From an uncultured Candidatus Saccharibacteria bacterium (GTDB lineage Bacteria > Patescibacteriota > Minisyncoccia > Phycocordibacterales > Zambryskibacteraceae): a stretch of 64,000 nt of DNA. Both the position numbers and the translations under genes were made by a program. Of the stretch, positions 1 to 9,679 are shown piece by piece. Within the stretch, counting starts at the first letter, position 1; each line of letters begins with the position of its first letter. The notes beneath the pieces are model-generated. The model searched no databases and was not told the origin of the DNA. It saw only the letters and a program-made list of their open reading frames with translations. The DNA lies in contig CAZXQA010000001.1 in assembly GCA_964642835.1 (NCBI GenBank), positions 202,831 to 266,830 of the forward strand, read 5' to 3'.

Positions 1-831
1 GGTAACTACTTTGACGTGGTGGAGCAGATCGCGGCGAGAGTCGAGAAGGAGCGTCGCAAGAACGCCCAGCTCGAGAAGGAGATCCAGGCGAACAAGGATA
101 AGTCGAACTTCTTTGCCAACAAGGGCGGTCAGATGCGTCTCGTCGCGCGGCGCATGAGAGATAAGGCCGAGGAGCTTGAAGAGAGTAAGGTCGAGACCCG
201 CAAAGAAGACAAGACCATTCGCCCTTTCACCATCCCGTTCCAGGGAGTGAATGGCGACATCCTCACGGTGAAAGAGTTTAGCGTGCTTAATTTGAAAACG
301 CATAAGCCCGTGAAGCGCAAGGCCACTATTGTCCTTCGCAAGAACCAGCGCCTTCTCCTCAAGGGTCCAAATGGTATCGGCAAGAGCACGCTTCTGGAAA
401 CGCTCGCCGAGGGGAGGGCGCCCGGCCTCCAGATTGCTCCAGGAGTGACGGTTGGCTACTATCGGCAGGACTTCTCAACCCTTAACTTCGAAGACACGGT
501 GCATCAGTCGCTTATGTCAGTCATGCAAAACCCGAACGAAGAGGGGATGCGCTCCGTGGCCGCGGGGTTCCTCATCCACGCTGACGCCATTAAAAGTAAG
601 ATCGGTACGCTCTCTGAAGGACAGAAGGGGCTTGTTGCCTTTGCTCGTCTCGTGCTCCAGAAGCCCGGCCTTCTTATCCTCGACGAGCCGACGAACCATA
701 TCAACTTCCGTCACTTACCCATCATTGCGGAGGCACTCGATCAATACCAAGGAGCGATGGTCATGGTGAGCCACGTGCCGGAGTTCGTCGAGAAGATCCG
801 CATCGACGACGTGCTCGACTTGGAGAAATAA
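1..831 (+). CDS. ABC-F family ATP-binding protein (5' truncated by window edge)
   Basis: GPNGIGKST Walker A, LSEGQK signature, LLILDEPTNH Walker B typical of ABC-F second domain; no TM segment. Confidence 0.9.
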   Translation, partial: GNYFDVVEQIAARVEKERRKNAQLEKEIQANKDKSNFFANKGGQMRLVARRMRDKAEELEESKVETRKEDKTIRPFTIPFQGVNGDILTVKEFSVLNLKTHKPVKRKATIVLRKNQRLLLKGPNGIGKSTLLETLAEGRAPGLQIAPGVTVGYYRQDFSTLNFEDTVHQSLMSVMQNPNEEGMRSVAAGFLIHADAIKSKIGTLSEGQKGLVAFARLVLQKPGLLILDEPTNHINFRHLPIIAEALDQYQGAMVMVSHVPEFVEKIRIDDVLDLEK

Positions 832-854
832 AAATACCCCGTGAGGGGTATTTT
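831..854. terminator. Bidirectional intrinsic terminator
   Basis: AAAATACCCC-GTGA-GGGGTATTTT inverted repeat between convergent ORFs. Confidence 0.8.
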
Positions 855-862
855 CGAACCGA

Positions 863-928
863 CTACTTCGCTTTGTCCTTCTTCGGCTTCTTCTTGTTCT
901 TTTGCTGGCGGTTGTTACCTTTGGCCAT
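863..928 (-). CDS. 21-aa Lys-rich micro-protein MAKGNNRQQKNKKKPKKDKAK
   Basis: Read manually, below ORF-track cutoff; ATG at 928, TAG at 863, upstream -10-like TATAGA/TATAAT, terminator directly downstream. Confidence 0.6.
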   Translation of the reverse strand: MAKGNNRQQKNKKKPKKDKAK

Positions 929-960
929 ATATTTAAATTACTTCTATACTTTTATTATAC

Positions 961-1230
961 ATGCCTTTCTTTGTCTACATTCTCGAATGTGCGGATAAAA
1001 CACTCTATATTGGCTCGACAAATGACGTGGAACGCCGTCTTGACCAACACAACAATAAGAAAAGTGGCGCTCACTACACGAAGATCAGGAGACCGGTTGT
1101 GCTCAAGTATCAAGAAAAAGTAACTACTCTAAGTAAAGCCCGCTCTCGAGAAGCGGAATTGAAGCGGATGAAGAGAGGAGAGAAATTAGCGCTATTTACT
1201 TCGAAACGTGGTAGAACTAAGACTTCATGA
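961..1230 (+). CDS. GIY-YIG nuclease family protein (UPF0213/YhbQ-like)
   Basis: [28 protein letters not shown] motif. Confidence 0.9.
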   Translation: MPFFVYILECADKTLYIGSTNDVERRLDQHNNKKSGAHYTKIRRPVVLKYQEKVTTLSKARSREAELKRMKRGEKLALFTSKRGRTKTS

Positions 1231-1937
1231 CTATTCAATATCCTATCCGGATCAACAAGTATCTCGCCGAGAAAAAGGAGACAACTCGTCGCGGCGCCGA
1301 TGAGCTTATTAGCCAGGGGCTTGTCTTTGTGAACGGCGAGCCGGCGAAGCTCGGAGACATGATCCAGGAGCATGACTCCGTCGAAGTCCGTTACCGCGCC
1401 GGTAAGAAGAAGGCACTCGTCTACCTGGCTTACAACAAGCCGAGGGGTGTTGTGACGCACTCAGCCGACGAAGGAGATGAAGACATCGCCGACCGTGTGC
1501 CGGTCCCGGGCGTCTTTCCAATCGGTCGCTTGGACAAGGATTCCCACGGCCTTATTCTTCTGACGAATGACGGGCGGGTTACGGAGCGACTTCTTGGCCC
1601 GGGTCATGAACACGAGAAGGAGTACGTCGTCACGACGAAGGACCGTTTGCGCCCCAATTTCAAACAGAAGATGGAGGAAGGTGTTGAGCTCGGCGAAGAG
1701 ACGACTCGTCCAGCCAAGGTAGAGATTTTGGGAGATAAGACCTTTAGGATTATTCTCACCGAAGGCAAGAACCGCCAGATTCGACGAATGTGCGCCGCGC
1801 TTTTCCAAGAAGTGGTCTCACTTCGCCGTGTTCGTATCATGAATATCGAGATCGGGGATCTTAAGGAAGACGCTTGGCGTGAGATTGAAGGTGAGGAACG
1901 CGAAACATTGCTCCGCGCCCTTGGACTTAACGCCTAG
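1227..1937 (+). CDS. rRNA pseudouridine synthase (RsuA/RluB/RluF family)
   Basis: N-terminal S4 domain, [16 protein letters not shown] catalytic Asp, [10 protein letters not shown]. Confidence 0.92.
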   Translation: MTIQYPIRINKYLAEKKETTRRGADELISQGLVFVNGEPAKLGDMIQEHDSVEVRYRAGKKKALVYLAYNKPRGVVTHSADEGDEDIADRVPVPGVFPIGRLDKDSHGLILLTNDGRVTERLLGPGHEHEKEYVVTTKDRLRPNFKQKMEEGVELGEETTRPAKVEILGDKTFRIILTEGKNRQIRRMCAALFQEVVSLRRVRIMNIEIGDLKEDAWREIEGEERETLLRALGLNA

Positions 1938-1961
1938 TGCTCCTGGTGGTATAATTTCTCT

Positions 1962-2447
1962 ATGAATACAAACTTTGCGGAAGCGACTCGGGAGGCTCTT
2001 GAATACATGAGAACTCGCACGTGTGTTGGTATGGTGGCCACGATAGGGGCGCATGCCCAACCGTATCTTTCGCCTGTCTATTACGCCATGGGTAACGACT
2101 TCGAAGTGTACTTCCTCACTGGTAAGAACACTCACAAAGCCGAGAATATCGAGTTAAACAACAAAGTAGCTTTCTCGGTTGGTACAGGGCCGGAATACAT
2201 CAGCGTCATGATCCGTGGTACGGCGAGCATTCCGGGAAGTGAAGAGGAGGAGCGCGCTTTCGCTCGTCTCAAGGATATTTTCGAAAAGAATGACGTGAAG
2301 AATTGGCCTCTCCGTACCCTTGATGATCTCAAGGATCAGAACCTTGTTCTCTACAAGATTACTCCAGAGAAGGTCACCTTCCTCAACATGAACTCCACCG
2401 AAGAGCCTAAGACCCACGCCGACCATCTCTACCACCTCGTCGACTAG
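1962..2447 (+). CDS. Pyridoxamine 5'-phosphate oxidase-like FMN-binding protein
   Basis: VATI..QPYLSPVYY..YFLT..THKAENIELNNKVAF split-barrel pattern. Confidence 0.75.
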   Translation: MNTNFAEATREALEYMRTRTCVGMVATIGAHAQPYLSPVYYAMGNDFEVYFLTGKNTHKAENIELNNKVAFSVGTGPEYISVMIRGTASIPGSEEEERAFARLKDIFEKNDVKNWPLRTLDDLKDQNLVLYKITPEKVTFLNMNSTEEPKTHADHLYHLVD

Positions 2448-2520
2448 GGGAGACTACTTGACACTTTCTCGTATTTTTTATATTGTATAGAGGTATAGGG
2501 TTATCTCCTCTACGTTACGC

Positions 2521-3786
2521 ATGTATAGACCAGGGTCAAACAACAGCGGACGCGCTTCGAGCGCTCCTCGCGCCGGCGGTAAGCCGTCCTTCAGGGGCGG
2601 TTTTGGTGCTGGCTCACGCGGTGCTCGTCCAGGTGGTCGTGGTGGTGCTCGCCCGGGTCGCAGCCGCTTTGCGGACAAGTCTTTCTCCGACCTTTCTAAA
2701 TTCGTGAATAAAGTTTCTGTCGTCGAAGAGGCCGAAGTCTTTGTCCCCGAACACACCTTCACTGATTTCCTAATCGCCGAGAAGCTCAAACAAAACATTT
2801 TGACGAAGGGCTACACGCTCCCGACGCCGATTCAGGATAAGGTTATCCCGCACATTCTTCGTCGCGAAGATGTCGTGGGTATCGCGAACACAGGTACCGG
2901 TAAGACCGCCGCCTTCCTCATCCCTCTCATCGACAAGGTGCTTCGGGATGGCAATCAGAACGTGCTTATCATGGTCCCGACGCGCGAGCTCGCGGGTCAG
3001 ATTCGCGACGAATTGTCTGGATTCACGAGTGGTATGAGCATCTGGTCGGTGGTATGCGTCGGCGGCACCTCGATCGTGCCTCAGATCAAGGCTTTGCGAC
3101 ACAAGAATCAGTTCGTGATCGGCACGCCTGGTCGCTTGAAGGACCTTATGGAGCAGGGCTACCTTCGTTTGAACGAGTACGGCACTGTGGTCCTCGACGA
3201 AGCGGACCGCATGCTCGACATGGGCTTCATTAACGACGTGAAGATGATGCTCGGGAAGCTTCCGGCTGACCGTCACACCCTCTTCTTCTCCGCGACGACT
3301 ACGCCCGAGATCACAGGCCTCATTTCCAAATTCTTGAAGCAGCCGGTTACCATTTCCGTTAAAACACGCGATACCTCTGGCTCGATCGACCAGGATGTTG
3401 TTCGCGTCGCTCATCACGAAGATAAGATTGGTAAGCTCGCCGATCTGCTTCGCACCGCCGATTTCTCGAAGGTGCTCGTCTTCGGCAAGACCAAACACGG
3501 CGTCGAGAAGCTCGCTAAGGCTCTCACTACCATGGGTCTGCGTGCCGAATCCATTCACGGGAACAAAAATTTCAATAAACGCCAACAGGCTTTGAGTCAG
3601 TTTAAAGATAACAAGGTGAAGATCCTCGTGGCGACCGACGTCGCCGCGCGCGGTCTCGACATTGCCGACGTCTCTCACGTTATTAACTTCGATTTGCCAG
3701 CTACGTACGAAGACTACATTCACCGCATCGGCCGCACTGGCCGCGGGGGCAAGAAGGGCAACGCTCTCACGTTTGTCCAAGGTTAA
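2521..3786 (+). CDS. DEAD-box RNA helicase
   Basis: PTPIQ, GTGKT, PTREL, DEAD, SAT, HRIGRTGR motifs; RGG-rich N-terminus. Confidence 0.95.
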   Translation: MYRPGSNNSGRASSAPRAGGKPSFRGGFGAGSRGARPGGRGGARPGRSRFADKSFSDLSKFVNKVSVVEEAEVFVPEHTFTDFLIAEKLKQNILTKGYTLPTPIQDKVIPHILRREDVVGIANTGTGKTAAFLIPLIDKVLRDGNQNVLIMVPTRELAGQIRDELSGFTSGMSIWSVVCVGGTSIVPQIKALRHKNQFVIGTPGRLKDLMEQGYLRLNEYGTVVLDEADRMLDMGFINDVKMMLGKLPADRHTLFFSATTTPEITGLISKFLKQPVTISVKTRDTSGSIDQDVVRVAHHEDKIGKLADLLRTADFSKVLVFGKTKHGVEKLAKALTTMGLRAESIHGNKNFNKRQQALSQFKDNKVKILVATDVAARGLDIADVSHVINFDLPATYEDYIHRIGRTGRGGKKGNALTFVQG

Positions 3787-3850
3787 TCCCCTAGGTGAGG
3801 GTGGCTTTATTTTTCTCTGTGAGTAGGGGATAATACGAAGATTCAACTAT

Positions 3851-4738
3851 ATGAATATGAAAAACAACAAGAACGTGTGGGTCATTGCAGGCGCGATTGT
3901 AACGATTCTCGTGATCTGGGCCCTTGTGCATGTCTCGAGAAGCTCCCGCACTCTCCTTGGTTCGGCTACGTACTTCTGTGACGCTGGTAAATCGATCGAA
4001 GCAAAGTTCTATAGTGGCAAGGAAATGGAAGCTCCTCTTCCAGGCGAGATGCCTCAGCCTACAGGTACGCTTGATGTCTCTCTTGATAACGGCCCTGTCA
4101 TGAATCTTCGCCAGACGATTTCCGCAGATGGTGTTCGTTATGCCAATAGCGATGAGTCCTTAGTAGTTTGGAGTAAGGGTACGACCGTACTCGTCATGAG
4201 AAATAACACCATGGATCTTGCGTATACCAACTGCGATGCTGCGCGCCTTGCGAACGCGACTTCCACTCCCGCCCAACCTCTTCCCACGACACCTTTGAAA
4301 CCCGCTCCACCCGCTCCTGCTGAACCAGTAGCTTGCACCATGGAAGCAAGAATTTGTCCTGATGGTAGCTATGTGGGTCGCACGGGCCCGAAGTGCGAAT
4401 TTAGTGCTTGCCCAACTATGGTTGGTCAGGTTGATCTGGGCACACTCTCAGTGGGGCAAACGAGAGTTATTAACGGTGTCTCTATCTCCGTCAATAAAGT
4501 AGTCGAAGACAGTCGCTGCCCATCGAACGTTCAGTGTATCCAGGCCGGACGCGCGCTCGTTTCTGTGACCTTGGCAGCTGGAACAGAGGCGAATACAGTG
4601 AACCTTTCTTCTCAGCCGGTAGTACCATATGTCTTCGGAGGCTCGAAGATTTCCCTCATCGAAGTATTGCCTGAGCGTCATGAGACGACGCTTCCCACGC
4701 AATCAAGTTACCGCCTGACCTTCCGAGTCGAGAAATAA
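3851..4738 (+). CDS. Membrane-anchored protein with MliC-like domain and two Cys-rich modules
   Basis: N-terminal TM; YFCD..ISADGVRYAN..VWSKG (MliC); ACTMEARICPDGSYVGRTGPKCEF; DSRCPSNVQCIQAG. Confidence 0.7.
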   Translation: MNMKNNKNVWVIAGAIVTILVIWALVHVSRSSRTLLGSATYFCDAGKSIEAKFYSGKEMEAPLPGEMPQPTGTLDVSLDNGPVMNLRQTISADGVRYANSDESLVVWSKGTTVLVMRNNTMDLAYTNCDAARLANATSTPAQPLPTTPLKPAPPAPAEPVACTMEARICPDGSYVGRTGPKCEFSACPTMVGQVDLGTLSVGQTRVINGVSISVNKVVEDSRCPSNVQCIQAGRALVSVTLAAGTEANTVNLSSQPVVPYVFGGSKISLIEVLPERHETTLPTQSSYRLTFRVEK

Positions 4739-4740
4739 AC

Positions 4741-4776
4741 AAACAACACTGCCACCAAGAGGTGGCAGTGTTGTTT
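4741..4776. terminator. Bidirectional terminator
   Basis: AAACAACACTGCCACC-AAGA-GGTGGCAGTGTTGTTT. Confidence 0.8.
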
Positions 4777-4806
4777 AGAGTGGCGTGCGGTATCAATTAC
4801 TTGATC

Positions 4807-5166
4807 CTAGTGTGCTTCACCGAACTTCATATGGCCGGGGCCGCGAGGACCAAAGGCCCCGAGATCACCTGGTTTATGAGCGGCTCGTTTGTCGGCTTGG
4901 GCTTGGGTGATCTTACCTTCCTTCACGAGAGTGGCGAGATGTTCCTTCATCTTCGCTTCCATTTCGGCACGCCGGGCTTCAAATTCTGCCTTCACAACCG
5001 CTTCCACGTCGGCGGCATTGAGGTTAAATTTGGTGGCGATGGCATTCACAAGGCCCGACATGGGATTCTGCGGTGTCGCGTCGGCTGCGAAGACCGCTGT
5101 CGCACCGGTCGCGGCAAGGCCGAGGCCGACCGCGCCCGCGACGATCATTCTTGTTTTGTTCTTCAT
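4807..5166 (-). CDS. Secreted helical hypothetical protein
   Basis: Signal peptide ending AVFA; LVKEGKITQAQAD motif; divergent from ECF sigma. Confidence 0.7.
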   Translation of the reverse strand: MKNKTRMIVAGAVGLGLAATGATAVFAADATPQNPMSGLVNAIATKFNLNAADVEAVVKAEFEARRAEMEAKMKEHLATLVKEGKITQAQADKRAAHKPGDLGAFGPRGPGHMKFGEAH

Positions 5167-5268
5167 CGTGTGTGGTTAACTCATAAGACAGCTAGCCTGT
5201 CATCCAGTTACTACAGCGAGGAAGGGGATTTATTTCATGAAATATTTCGTCTATATCGTTGTAGTAGT

Positions 5269-5820
5269 ATGGAAGTCTTCATGAGCGACCTTACCGACGA
5301 AGAAATCGCGAGACGCGTCAAAGCAGGCGAGACCTACTGGTTCTCGCTTCTTGTCGAGCGTTACGAAGCACGACTCTCGCGGTATGCTCGGAAGTTCCTC
5401 TTCGGGATTGAAGACACTGAGGATTTACTGCAAGAAGTTTTCGTGAAAGCCTTTACCAATATTCAAAGTTTCGACGGCAAGCGTCGCTTCTCACCCTGGA
5501 TCTATCGCATCGCTCACAACGAGTTCGTGAACGCGCTCAAGAAGCGCAAGCATGAGGCGTTGCCGTTCTTTGATCTTGATACGATCTTTCCTCATCCGGA
5601 GCCGGAAGAAGTTTCCCGCGAGGACTTGCGACCGATGCTCGAGCAAGCTCTCGACCGGATTGACGCCAAGTATCGCGAGCCCTTGGTGTTGTATTATTAC
5701 GAAAATTTAGAATACAAAGAGATTGCCGACGTGCTTCGCATCCCCATTTCCACGGTGGGAGTAAGGATTAAGCGAGGACGCGAGGCGCTCAAGAAAATAG
5801 TGACCACCGACCATGATTGA
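5269..5820 (+). CDS. ECF sigma-70 factor (SigW-like)
   Basis: DLLQEVFVKAF, FSPWIYRIAHN, YKEIADVLRIPISTVGVRIKRGR; start 5269 or 5281, not the 4762 of the ORF track. Confidence 0.92.
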   Translation: MEVFMSDLTDEEIARRVKAGETYWFSLLVERYEARLSRYARKFLFGIEDTEDLLQEVFVKAFTNIQSFDGKRRFSPWIYRIAHNEFVNALKKRKHEALPFFDLDTIFPHPEPEEVSREDLRPMLEQALDRIDAKYREPLVLYYYENLEYKEIADVLRIPISTVGVRIKRGREALKKIVTTDHD

Positions 5821-6265
5821 ACACCATCACATCGAAGAGAAGATTTCGGAAGCCATTAAGGCGGGGGAGCTCAAGATGCGTCCGCGCTGGCACTTTGTCG
5901 TGAAGGCGATACTCGCGGTCTGGGCCTTCTTCGTGGCTGTCTTTGTCGTTCTCTATCTTACGAGCTTCCTCTTCTTTTCGCGCTCCTTACCGATCATGCT
6001 TCTCCTTATTCTCATCGCGTTCGTGGCGGCCTTTGAAGTTCTCTTGCGCCAGTACCAGTTCGGTTACGGGAAGCCTCTGGCCTATACCTTGGGGGGCGTT
6101 ATCATCCTTGCCTTGTGCGTCGCGGCTTTTCTCCAGAGTTTGCGAGCTCATGAGCGTCTCTATGACTTCGTCGAGCGTCGTCAGATCCCCGTGGCGGAGC
6201 CTTTCTATAGACACTTTAGCCCGCCTCCTCGGCCGGGAGTCGAGCGCGTCATCTTTATCCGCTAA
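5813..6265 (+). CDS. Membrane protein, putative anti-sigma factor
   Basis: Overlaps sigma stop; about 3 TM helices. Confidence 0.6.
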   Translation: MIEHHHIEEKISEAIKAGELKMRPRWHFVVKAILAVWAFFVAVFVVLYLTSFLFFSRSLPIMLLLILIAFVAAFEVLLRQYQFGYGKPLAYTLGGVIILALCVAAFLQSLRAHERLYDFVERRQIPVAEPFYRHFSPPPRPGVERVIFIR

Positions 6266-6314
6266 GTAAGTCCACCCTGCATTCCTGCGTCTTATCTGCT
6301 ATTATAGCCCGGCT

Positions 6315-7085
6315 ATGACAGCGATTATCGAAACAAAGGATTTGCGAAAGGTCTTCAAGCGCGGGCGTGGCCAAGGCGCTACGGACGTTGTTGCTGTAAA
6401 AGGTACCAGTATTACCGTCGAACGCGGCGAGATCTTCGGCTTCCTAGGCCCCAACGGCGCCGGTAAGACGACGACCATGCGCATGCTCTCCACTCTCCTT
6501 ACTCCCACCTCCGGAGAGGTGAAAATTGCTGGACTCGATTTGAACGACGGAGCCGAAGAAATTCGCCGCAAGATCGGCTATGTCTCTCAGGTCGGTGGCA
6601 TGATTCGCGATGCCTCGGGTCGCGAGAATCTTATCCTCCAAGGTCGTCTCTTCGGGATGAGTGAGCAGGAGGCGAGCGAGCGCGCCAATGAACTCTTGAA
6701 CCTCTTCGACCTCACGGCCTACGCGGATCGCCCTACTTCGACGTACTCGGGTGGTCAGCGCCGCATCTTCGACCTCGCTTCAGGCATCGTGCACCGCCCC
6801 GAGCTTCTCTTCCTTGATGAGCCGTCTACTGGGCTCGATCCGCAGAACCGCGCTCATGTGTGGGAGCAGGTACGCAAATTGCACGCAGAAGGGACGACCG
6901 TCTTTCTCACCACCCACTACCTCGACGAAGCGGACGCGCTCTGCAACCGCATTGCCGTCATGGACAAGGGCGAGATTCTCGAAGCTGGCACACCGGATGT
7001 GTTGAAGGAGAAGTACGGCGCGAAGACGCTTGATGAAGTGTTTCTAAAGATTACCGGACACATTTTGTGGAACCCGGGAGCATAA
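6315..7085 (+). CDS. ABC transporter ATP-binding protein (DrrA-like)
   Basis: GPNGAGKTT, YSGGQ, LFLDEP. Confidence 0.92.
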   Translation: MTAIIETKDLRKVFKRGRGQGATDVVAVKGTSITVERGEIFGFLGPNGAGKTTTMRMLSTLLTPTSGEVKIAGLDLNDGAEEIRRKIGYVSQVGGMIRDASGRENLILQGRLFGMSEQEASERANELLNLFDLTAYADRPTSTYSGGQRRIFDLASGIVHRPELLFLDEPSTGLDPQNRAHVWEQVRKLHAEGTTVFLTTHYLDEADALCNRIAVMDKGEILEAGTPDVLKEKYGAKTLDEVFLKITGHILWNPGA

Positions 7086-7091
7086 CCAGAT

Positions 7092-7856
7092 ATGAAAAAA
7101 TTACTGACAGAATCCTGGGTCATCGGCAAAAACGAAATTCTCATTCAGATGAGGAATCCGTTGTGGCTTTTCTTCGGCCTCTTCCAGCCGATCGTCTACC
7201 TCACGCTCTTCTCGCCCTTCCTCTCGGGGATCACGAGTGCGCCTGGCTTCCCGGGTGGCTCGGCTATCCAGTTCTTCGTGCCAGGTCTCCTTATCATGAA
7301 CGTGCTCTTCGGAGCGGGCTTTGCGGGTTTCGGACTTATTAACCAACTTCGCTCCGGCTTTATTGAGCGCATTCGCGTGACGCCGGTCTCGCGCCTCGCC
7401 ATTGTTATCGGTCTTGTCTTACGAAGCCCGCTCGTCACTCTCGTCCAGAGTGCCATCCTTGTAGTGACGGCCATCTTTATGGGTTTGGATTTGAGCTTCT
7501 GGGGCGCGCACATTCTTGTTCTCCTCATGATCCTTATTGGTCTCACCATGGCTTCTATCTCCTACACGATTGCGCTTATCGTGAAGGATGAGGGGACACT
7601 TGCCGCTATGACAAACTTCTTCACCCTGCCCCTGATGCTTCTCTCCGGGATTATGTTGCCGGTCGCCTTCGCGCCAAAGGTGATCCAAAATATCTCTGCC
7701 TTCGACCCCTTCCGTTACGCGGTAGACGCAGCGAGGGCTTTGGTGAACGGAGACCTTGGTAACGATGTTGTCCTTGTAGCTCTTGCCATCTTCGCCGTTC
7801 TTTCCATTCTATCCCTCACTTGGTTTATCCGTTCGATGAAAGATGCGGTAGCATAG
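7092..7856 (+). CDS. ABC-2 type permease (DrrB-like)
   Basis: About 6 TM helices, FFVPGL, LSGIMLP, follows ATPase. Confidence 0.9.
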   Translation: MKKLLTESWVIGKNEILIQMRNPLWLFFGLFQPIVYLTLFSPFLSGITSAPGFPGGSAIQFFVPGLLIMNVLFGAGFAGFGLINQLRSGFIERIRVTPVSRLAIVIGLVLRSPLVTLVQSAILVVTAIFMGLDLSFWGAHILVLLMILIGLTMASISYTIALIVKDEGTLAAMTNFFTLPLMLLSGIMLPVAFAPKVIQNISAFDPFRYAVDAARALVNGDLGNDVVLVALAIFAVLSILSLTWFIRSMKDAVA

Positions 7857-7880
7857 AGAGGGTAGTCAACAGAATATCTA

Positions 7881-8150
7881 ATGAAATTACATATGGAACA
7901 CTCAACCCACAAAAAGGTATATCGAAGCGATACGAACAAAGTCTTTGCCGGCATTTGCGGCGGTTTGGGAGAATATTTTAACGTCGACCCAGTCATTGTG
8001 CGCCTCGTCTGGCTCGTGATTCTCTTCACTTCAGGCGGGTTTCCTGGCTTGGCGGCTTACGGCTTGGCGATGATTATGATCCCTCGCAAGATAGCACCAG
8101 CACCGGTGCATACTTCTCACACGGAGAAGACAGAGGAGGAAAGCGTCTAA
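7881..8150 (+). CDS. PspC domain protein
   Basis: YRSDTNKVFAGICGGLGEYFNVDPVIVRL. Confidence 0.9.
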   Translation: MKLHMEHSTHKKVYRSDTNKVFAGICGGLGEYFNVDPVIVRLVWLVILFTSGGFPGLAAYGLAMIMIPRKIAPAPVHTSHTEKTEEESV

Positions 8151-9292
8151 AGCGTATCCTTGAGGTATAAACTTTCGTAGAGTCCAAAGAGGACCAGAAC
8201 TCCCAAGGTAAAGAAGATCGCCGGGTATGAAATGGTGTGAATAATCACGCCACCTAAGAGCGCGCCTACAAGGAAGCCAGCTGGACGACCAAGGCGGAAA
8301 ATACTCAAGAAACCGGTTTCCGTCGCGGTGATGCGTTTGAAGAAGTAGACTTCCGTCATGATTTCGATGAGCGCGGCTCCCACTCGAGATATGAACAAAG
8401 CGATGAGCCAAGAAAAGAAGCTGCCATCAAGAAATGGCATAAAGAGGAGAGTTGTTCCCGTAATAAAGAAGCCAATACTCATAATCTCTTTTTCACCATA
8501 GAGTCGATCGGCCAATTCTCCTGCCGGCCACTCAAGGAACACAAAGGGGAGGAGAGCGATGGCCATGATCGTTCCAATCTCGCTCCAGCTGAATCCGGCG
8601 ATGTTAAAGAGATACGGAGGTATGTATACAACCATGACGCCATAGAAGATTTCTAGAATGAAGCGGGCCAGGGTGACGGCGCGGACATTCCTTTTGCGCC
8701 AAAGAGTTTTCCAGGGAAGATGGTGGTTGTCCGGAGTATATTCGAGTATGCTGCGTTTCTTGAATAAGTTCCTAGCAGAAAGCGTGAGAGGAATAAGGAG
8801 GATGAGACCGCCGACGAGATAAACCAGGCGGAAGCCATCGAAAGAAGATAGAAGAGCGACGATGAGTGGTCCAAGGGCGAAGCCAAAATTTAAAAATGTA
8901 TAGTAAATACCACGCAATTCTCCAGTGTATTCATCACTCGTTTTCTCCTCAAGGAAGATATCCAGACACCAGTAAATAAGCACAATAAAGCCTTGGTACG
9001 TAATAAAAGCGAAAGCCAGAGCAAGAGAGTTTGAGGTTGTGGCTAAGGCGAAGATGGAGAGTGCGGTAATGAGGACGCAGGCAAAGAGCATTTTCTCCTT
9101 CCCGAACTTTCTCATGAGGTGAGGCGTGCGAAGGAAAAGGTAGATGTTGAGGGTTGCTCCAACCACGAACAGAAGCGTTACGATCGGACGAGAGAAAAAA
9201 CTTTCTAAGAAACTAGCATTAACATAGACGAGGGTCCCGTAACTCACCGAAATGAGAAGGGTTGAAATAAAGATTGGTAGGAGTTGGAACAT
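8147..9292 (-). CDS. MFS transporter
   Basis: About 12 TM helices, GELADRLYGEK motif A-like loop. Confidence 0.85.
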   Translation of the reverse strand: MFQLLPIFISTLLISVSYGTLVYVNASFLESFFSRPIVTLLFVVGATLNIYLFLRTPHLMRKFGKEKMLFACVLITALSIFALATTSNSLALAFAFITYQGFIVLIYWCLDIFLEEKTSDEYTGELRGIYYTFLNFGFALGPLIVALLSSFDGFRLVYLVGGLILLIPLTLSARNLFKKRSILEYTPDNHHLPWKTLWRKRNVRAVTLARFILEIFYGVMVVYIPPYLFNIAGFSWSEIGTIMAIALLPFVFLEWPAGELADRLYGEKEIMSIGFFITGTTLLFMPFLDGSFFSWLIALFISRVGAALIEIMTEVYFFKRITATETGFLSIFRLGRPAGFLVGALLGGVIIHTISYPAIFFTLGVLVLFGLYESLYLKDTL

Positions 9293-9313
9293 CTATTAAG
9301 TATAACTTGAAAT

Positions 9314-9348
9314 AAAAGCTCCTCCGGCACGAGCTGGGCCGGAGGAGC
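9314..9348 (-). terminator. Intrinsic terminator (minus strand)
   Basis: GCTCCTCCGGC..GCCGGAGGAGC stem with T-run on minus strand. Confidence 0.7.
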
Positions 9349-9356
9349 GGGGATGA

Positions 9357-9590
9357 TTAACAGGCTTGCTCAGCAAGTCTCTGGAGCGGCAGGAGAAATT
9401 TCGGAAGTTCGCGGGCGTGCGCAAGAGCAACTCCAGATGGCCGCAGAATGACGATCCCGTCTTTTAAAGAAACAAACTCTTCTTCCAAGAGCTCACTGAA
9501 GGCCCCTAGGTATTCTGGTGCGGGTTTCTTCTCATCCAACTCTCGGTTGCGGCGGTAAGAAGAGAAGAACTTCGCCCCAGCAAACCTCAT
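9357..9590 (-). CDS. Hypothetical protein
   Basis: 77-aa ORF followed by its own terminator; no SD. Confidence 0.4.
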   Translation of the reverse strand: MRFAGAKFFSSYRRNRELDEKKPAPEYLGAFSELLEEEFVSLKDGIVILRPSGVALAHARELPKFLLPLQRLAEQAC

Positions 9591-9679
9591 GGGAATAAGG
9601 AAATTCGATTCTTTGACAAAGCCGGTACGCGTGGTAGAAATGAGGGCGGAATGTAACTCTTTCAGAGCCTGGAGGCTAC

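Noticed and set aside
4762-5268. Long N-terminal extension of the ECF sigma factor
   Set aside because: Overlaps the divergent gene 4807-5166; sigma homology begins at ~5269-5281
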